A stretch of DNA of 40,283 nucleotides, taken from positions 1 to 40,283 of the forward strand of contig CAVEDD010000001.1 in assembly GCA_963614515.1 (NCBI GenBank). The letters run 5' to 3'. Source of the stretch: Treponemataceae bacterium (lineage in GTDB: Bacteria; Bacteroidota; Bacteroidia; Bacteroidales; UBA932). Of this stretch, positions 37,064 to 40,283 are shown in pieces. The position numbers and the translations under genes are program-made. The notes under the pieces are model-generated. The model saw only the letters and a program-made list of their open reading frames with translations, was not told the DNA's origin and made no database searches. Numbering within the stretch: position 1 is the first letter of the stretch; every line of letters starts with the position of its first letter.

Positions 37064-38566
37064 TTATTCAACCTGCTCGATTGAATTTATCCCGTCCCGG
37101 GTCAGAGCCACGCGGAAACGCATATATTCCGACTCCACGACGGCTTTCCCGCGTTTCCTGCCTGACGCAGCCGAATCGGGGCAGAGCTGGAGAACTATGT
37201 TTATGTAGTAGACCTTGTCGCAGAGCAGCCGCTCGAGCTTCCCTTCGGGGGAGAGTTCCAGCACGCCGATCTGGGGATTGTCCATCTTCTGGAGGAAAGT
37301 GTTCACGTGGAGACGCACGATGTCGTTGATGCCCCTGGTCTCGTAGATGTTGTTAGCCTCAAGCTGCTCCCGGTCAATCCGGACGGACTTGCGGTAGAGC
37401 AGCACCTTCTCGTCCGAAATGCGGTTCTCCACATCCAGCAGACGCTTTCCGTATCTCACTGAACGGACTTCAGCGGGGATTTTCTCCTCCGAGATGAAGT
37501 CCACGCCTTCCTTTATGAGTCCGATTTTCTTCCCCTTTATGATGACCGAGGCCTTGTTGTCGAAATACCTGCTGCCTATGCGGTGGGCGAAATAGTAGCG
37601 CATCAGCTCCTTGATGCGGTCTTTCATCATATAGCTGACAACCAGGGCTATGAACAGCGGCAGAGTGAAATTGCCGAAAGTCCTCTGGAAAGAGAAGCTT
37701 ACAATCGTGGCGAAGATCATCGACATTCCGGCGGCGATGCTGAAATAGAGCTGCTCGACCAGAATGCCGTCCTTTTTCTTCGGAACTTTGAGGAACAGGT
37801 CGCTCTCGATATATTTCTTGAGCACTCCGTGACGGAAGAGTATGTCCCTGTTGTTCACGGGGTCGCCGGGTTTGAGATTGCCGTAGCCCGAATGCTCCCG
37901 GTAGGCCATCTCCCCCTCGAGAAGCCCCTTGAGACTCTCCAGCGTCGGTGCGGAGACACCCGACTTTCTTCCGGACAGCTTATCGTAGATTTTCACGCTG
38001 TGAATCTTGACCATGCTGCTGATGAAGTCGTCCCCGAAGAAAAAGAACTCCCTCACCTCCGGAGTCACCGTCGGGACATTGATTATCTTCCACAAGTCCC
38101 TGTAGGCTGAAAGTATGTTCCTGACATTTTCCACATAACTCCGGCAGAGATAGTCGGTGTCGTCGTCAAACCGCCCGCCCGAGCACACGTGGGCATATTC
38201 CTCGCGCAGGGAGCTCTTGGTTATGGCGGCGAACATCTTGATCTGGTACTCGTATTCGGCGATCAGCGTCCTCGTAGGATTCTTGGCGAGCGCCTCGAAG
38301 GACCCTCTCAGGTTGTTCAGGGGCACTGCGTCACCCCCGGCAATCTCGCGGAGCAGAAACTGCGGGGTCACGAGCCGGATGTTCGACTTTATGTCCTGAT
38401 AGAAACGGGATTTGGGATAGGTCGAAGGGTTTATGTCGAGACTGTTGGGGATGAAGAGCCACATATACACGGAGAAATCGTTCTTCCTGAGCTTTCTTCG
38501 CGTGAGAAAGCCCATCTTGAACTCAATCGAGTAGCGGTCGTGTATTTTTGTGTTTACTTCTATCAT
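37064..38566 (-). CDS. Hypothetical protein, 500 aa, with a central pair of TM helices
   Basis: Long ORF filling the gap; hydrophobic hairpin 'LYFSIAAGMSMIFATIVSF...LPLFIALVVSYMM'; no family recognised. Confidence 0.75.
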   Translation of the reverse strand: MIEVNTKIHDRYSIEFKMGFLTRRKLRKNDFSVYMWLFIPNSLDINPSTYPKSRFYQDIKSNIRLVTPQFLLREIAGGDAVPLNNLRGSFEALAKNPTRTLIAEYEYQIKMFAAITKSSLREEYAHVCSGGRFDDDTDYLCRSYVENVRNILSAYRDLWKIINVPTVTPEVREFFFFGDDFISSMVKIHSVKIYDKLSGRKSGVSAPTLESLKGLLEGEMAYREHSGYGNLKPGDPVNNRDILFRHGVLKKYIESDLFLKVPKKKDGILVEQLYFSIAAGMSMIFATIVSFSFQRTFGNFTLPLFIALVVSYMMKDRIKELMRYYFAHRIGSRYFDNKASVIIKGKKIGLIKEGVDFISEEKIPAEVRSVRYGKRLLDVENRISDEKVLLYRKSVRIDREQLEANNIYETRGINDIVRLHVNTFLQKMDNPQIGVLELSPEGKLERLLCDKVYYINIVLQLCPDSAASGRKRGKAVVESEYMRFRVALTRDGINSIEQVE

Positions 38567-38603
38567 ATTTCAGAGCAATCCGGAACAGGCAACAAAAAAA
38601 GTG

Positions 38604-38635
38604 CAAAACTGCGGAGTGAACGCGTAAAAATCAAA
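38604..38635 (-). promoter_or_regulatory. Possible promoter TTTG-N20-CAGTTTTG for the 38566 gene
   Basis: -33 TTTG and a one-mismatch -7 element at consensus spacing. Confidence 0.4.
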
Positions 38636-38746
38636 CTGAACGGATTTGTGAAGGATTTTTGAGGGCAGATTCCTTTTTGAAGAGGGAGTGTACCGGGGTA
38701 CATGACCGATGAAAAAAGGGATATGGACCAAAAAGAATCACAAATC

Positions 38747-40282
38747 TCAGAAGAAGAGTCCAGGGGTGTAACCCAGCCACCGCAGCACGGTCTCGCCCCA
38801 GAGGAGAATCAGCAGCCAGGAGATGACCATCATCGTGATTCCGAACTTGAAAGTGTCGCTCCAGCTGTACTGGTTGGTGTTGTAGAGCAGCGCGGCCGGC
38901 TTGCTGTTGAACGGAAGCACATAGACGTGCTCAATGAGCATCGCCACCGGGAACGCGAGGCTGAGCGCCGGGAAGCCGAATTTCTGCTCCACGCCGATTG
39001 CAATCGGCACGAACACGAGGGTGCGCATGGTCTTGGACTGGAAAATCAGTCCGCTGAACATCATCAGGAAGGTCAGAATCACATAGAGCACCCAGAACGG
39101 AGTGCCTTCCGCGATTCCGAGGCTGTCGAAGAACTGATTCACGAGCTTCGCGGGAAGATCGGTCTCCTTCAGCCCCGCTCCGAGGGTGTATGCGCCGGCG
39201 GAGAAGAGCATCAGATGCCACGGGATGTCGACATCGTTCCATTTCACCACGCCTATGCCCGGCATCAGGGCGACCACTGCTCCGATGAAAGCGACGGTCG
39301 TCGCGTCAATCCCGTGGAGCTTGTCCGTGGACCAGAGGATGAGCACGCCGAGGAAGATTGCGATTGCCTTGTATTCCTCGACGGTCATCTTCCCCATCGC
39401 GTGAAGTTCTTCGCGCAGACGTTCCATTCCGCCCTCAATCTGCGGCTTGCGCTCCTCCGGCTTTATCGGAAATATCACCTTGACTCCTAAGAACCACCCG
39501 ATGAGAATCATCAGTATCGTGAGCGGGAAGCAGGCCGCGAACCAGTCGCTGTAGCCCACGCCAGAACCATAGGCCCCCATAAACAGGGAAATCGCCAGAA
39601 GGTGCGCCCCGGAACCGGTGAGAAAGCCGGTCGCGGCGATATTTATCTGGAACAGGTTCTGCAGCACGAGGTTGCGCCCGAAGTTGTTGCGGTTGCCGTC
39701 GGCTGCTCCGTAAATCGCCGCCACCACCATGAAAATCGGCAGCAGGATGGTAGCCTTGGCGGTCGTGGCGGAGATGAATGCGGACAGCACGATGTTTATG
39801 ACTATGAAGCTGAAGAACACGCCCCGCGCAGTCTTTCCGAACTTGAGCACGAACCACAGTGCGAAGCGCTTGGCCACACGGGTCTTGACCAGCATGCTGG
39901 CCAGGACGAACGAAAGTATGTTCAGCCACATCACCGGATGTCCCAACTGGGCGAACGCCTCTTTCTGAGAAGTGACGCCGGTCAGGACTATGGCGAGGGT
40001 GATTATCAGCGAGGTGAGGTAGTTCGGAATGGCCTCGGTCATCCACAGGACAAGCCCGGCGACGAAAATCGCGAGCATATATTTCTCGGATTGCGCCGGC
40101 AGGAAACTTATGTCGAACACCCAGCTGAAAAGTATGAAGAACAGCACCGCGAGCGGCCCGCCGAGCCTGGCCATCCAGGTCTCGAACGCCGATTTCTTCA
40201 TCTTCGGGAGTTTCTCGACTTTGTAGTTCCCCATGTCAAGCGGGTCGAACACCTTCGCCTGCGTGTTTTCAGTTTCAGTCAT
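38747..40282 (-). CDS. DASS/SLC13-family anion (di/tricarboxylate or sulfate) transporter
   Basis: 'LWMTEAIP..LTSL', 'SAFISATTAKATILLPI', 'W.DVDIPWHLML', 'LPFNSKP'; highly hydrophobic; start lies at the window edge. Confidence 0.88.
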   Translation of the reverse strand: MTETENTQAKVFDPLDMGNYKVEKLPKMKKSAFETWMARLGGPLAVLFFILFSWVFDISFLPAQSEKYMLAIFVAGLVLWMTEAIPNYLTSLIITLAIVLTGVTSQKEAFAQLGHPVMWLNILSFVLASMLVKTRVAKRFALWFVLKFGKTARGVFFSFIVINIVLSAFISATTAKATILLPIFMVVAAIYGAADGNRNNFGRNLVLQNLFQINIAATGFLTGSGAHLLAISLFMGAYGSGVGYSDWFAACFPLTILMILIGWFLGVKVIFPIKPEERKPQIEGGMERLREELHAMGKMTVEEYKAIAIFLGVLILWSTDKLHGIDATTVAFIGAVVALMPGIGVVKWNDVDIPWHLMLFSAGAYTLGAGLKETDLPAKLVNQFFDSLGIAEGTPFWVLYVILTFLMMFSGLIFQSKTMRTLVFVPIAIGVEQKFGFPALSLAFPVAMLIEHVYVLPFNSKPAALLYNTNQYSWSDTFKFGITMMVISWLLILLWGETVLRWLGYTPGLFF

Positions 40283-40283
40283 A

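Overview
A high-GC Bacteroidales chromosomal segment; the order is inferred from SusC/SusD, TAnnTTTG promoters and gene order. Housekeeping blocks are DUF3078-proS, a Tyr/Trp-repeat Ser-rich lipoprotein with a FadL-like barrel, rimP-nusA-infB, lpxD-lpxC-lpxA-wbqC, and DASS/hypothetical/MFS/malQ/queH. Directly downstream of infB lies a ~17 kb, 8-gene, same-strand SusC/SusD locus with no CAZyme and no regulator. It encodes an intact S8 protease, a lipoprotein with ~28 LRRs of 27 aa, BACON/Fn3 lipoproteins and a Fib_succ_major/CLec-like lipoprotein, and is a candidate protein/peptide utilisation locus that may be read through from the translation-factor operon. A ~125-bp foldback element occurs three times (1-55 partial, 64-189, 31381-31512). 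It shows compensatory base changes and the same orientation relative to upstream transcription. Other notable points are an LpxC lacking the FabZ fusion usual in Bacteroidota, GC-rich hairpins inside coding loops, and 'echo' duplications of gene ends. No tRNA/rRNA, CRISPR array, integrase, transposase or reverse transcriptase was seen.
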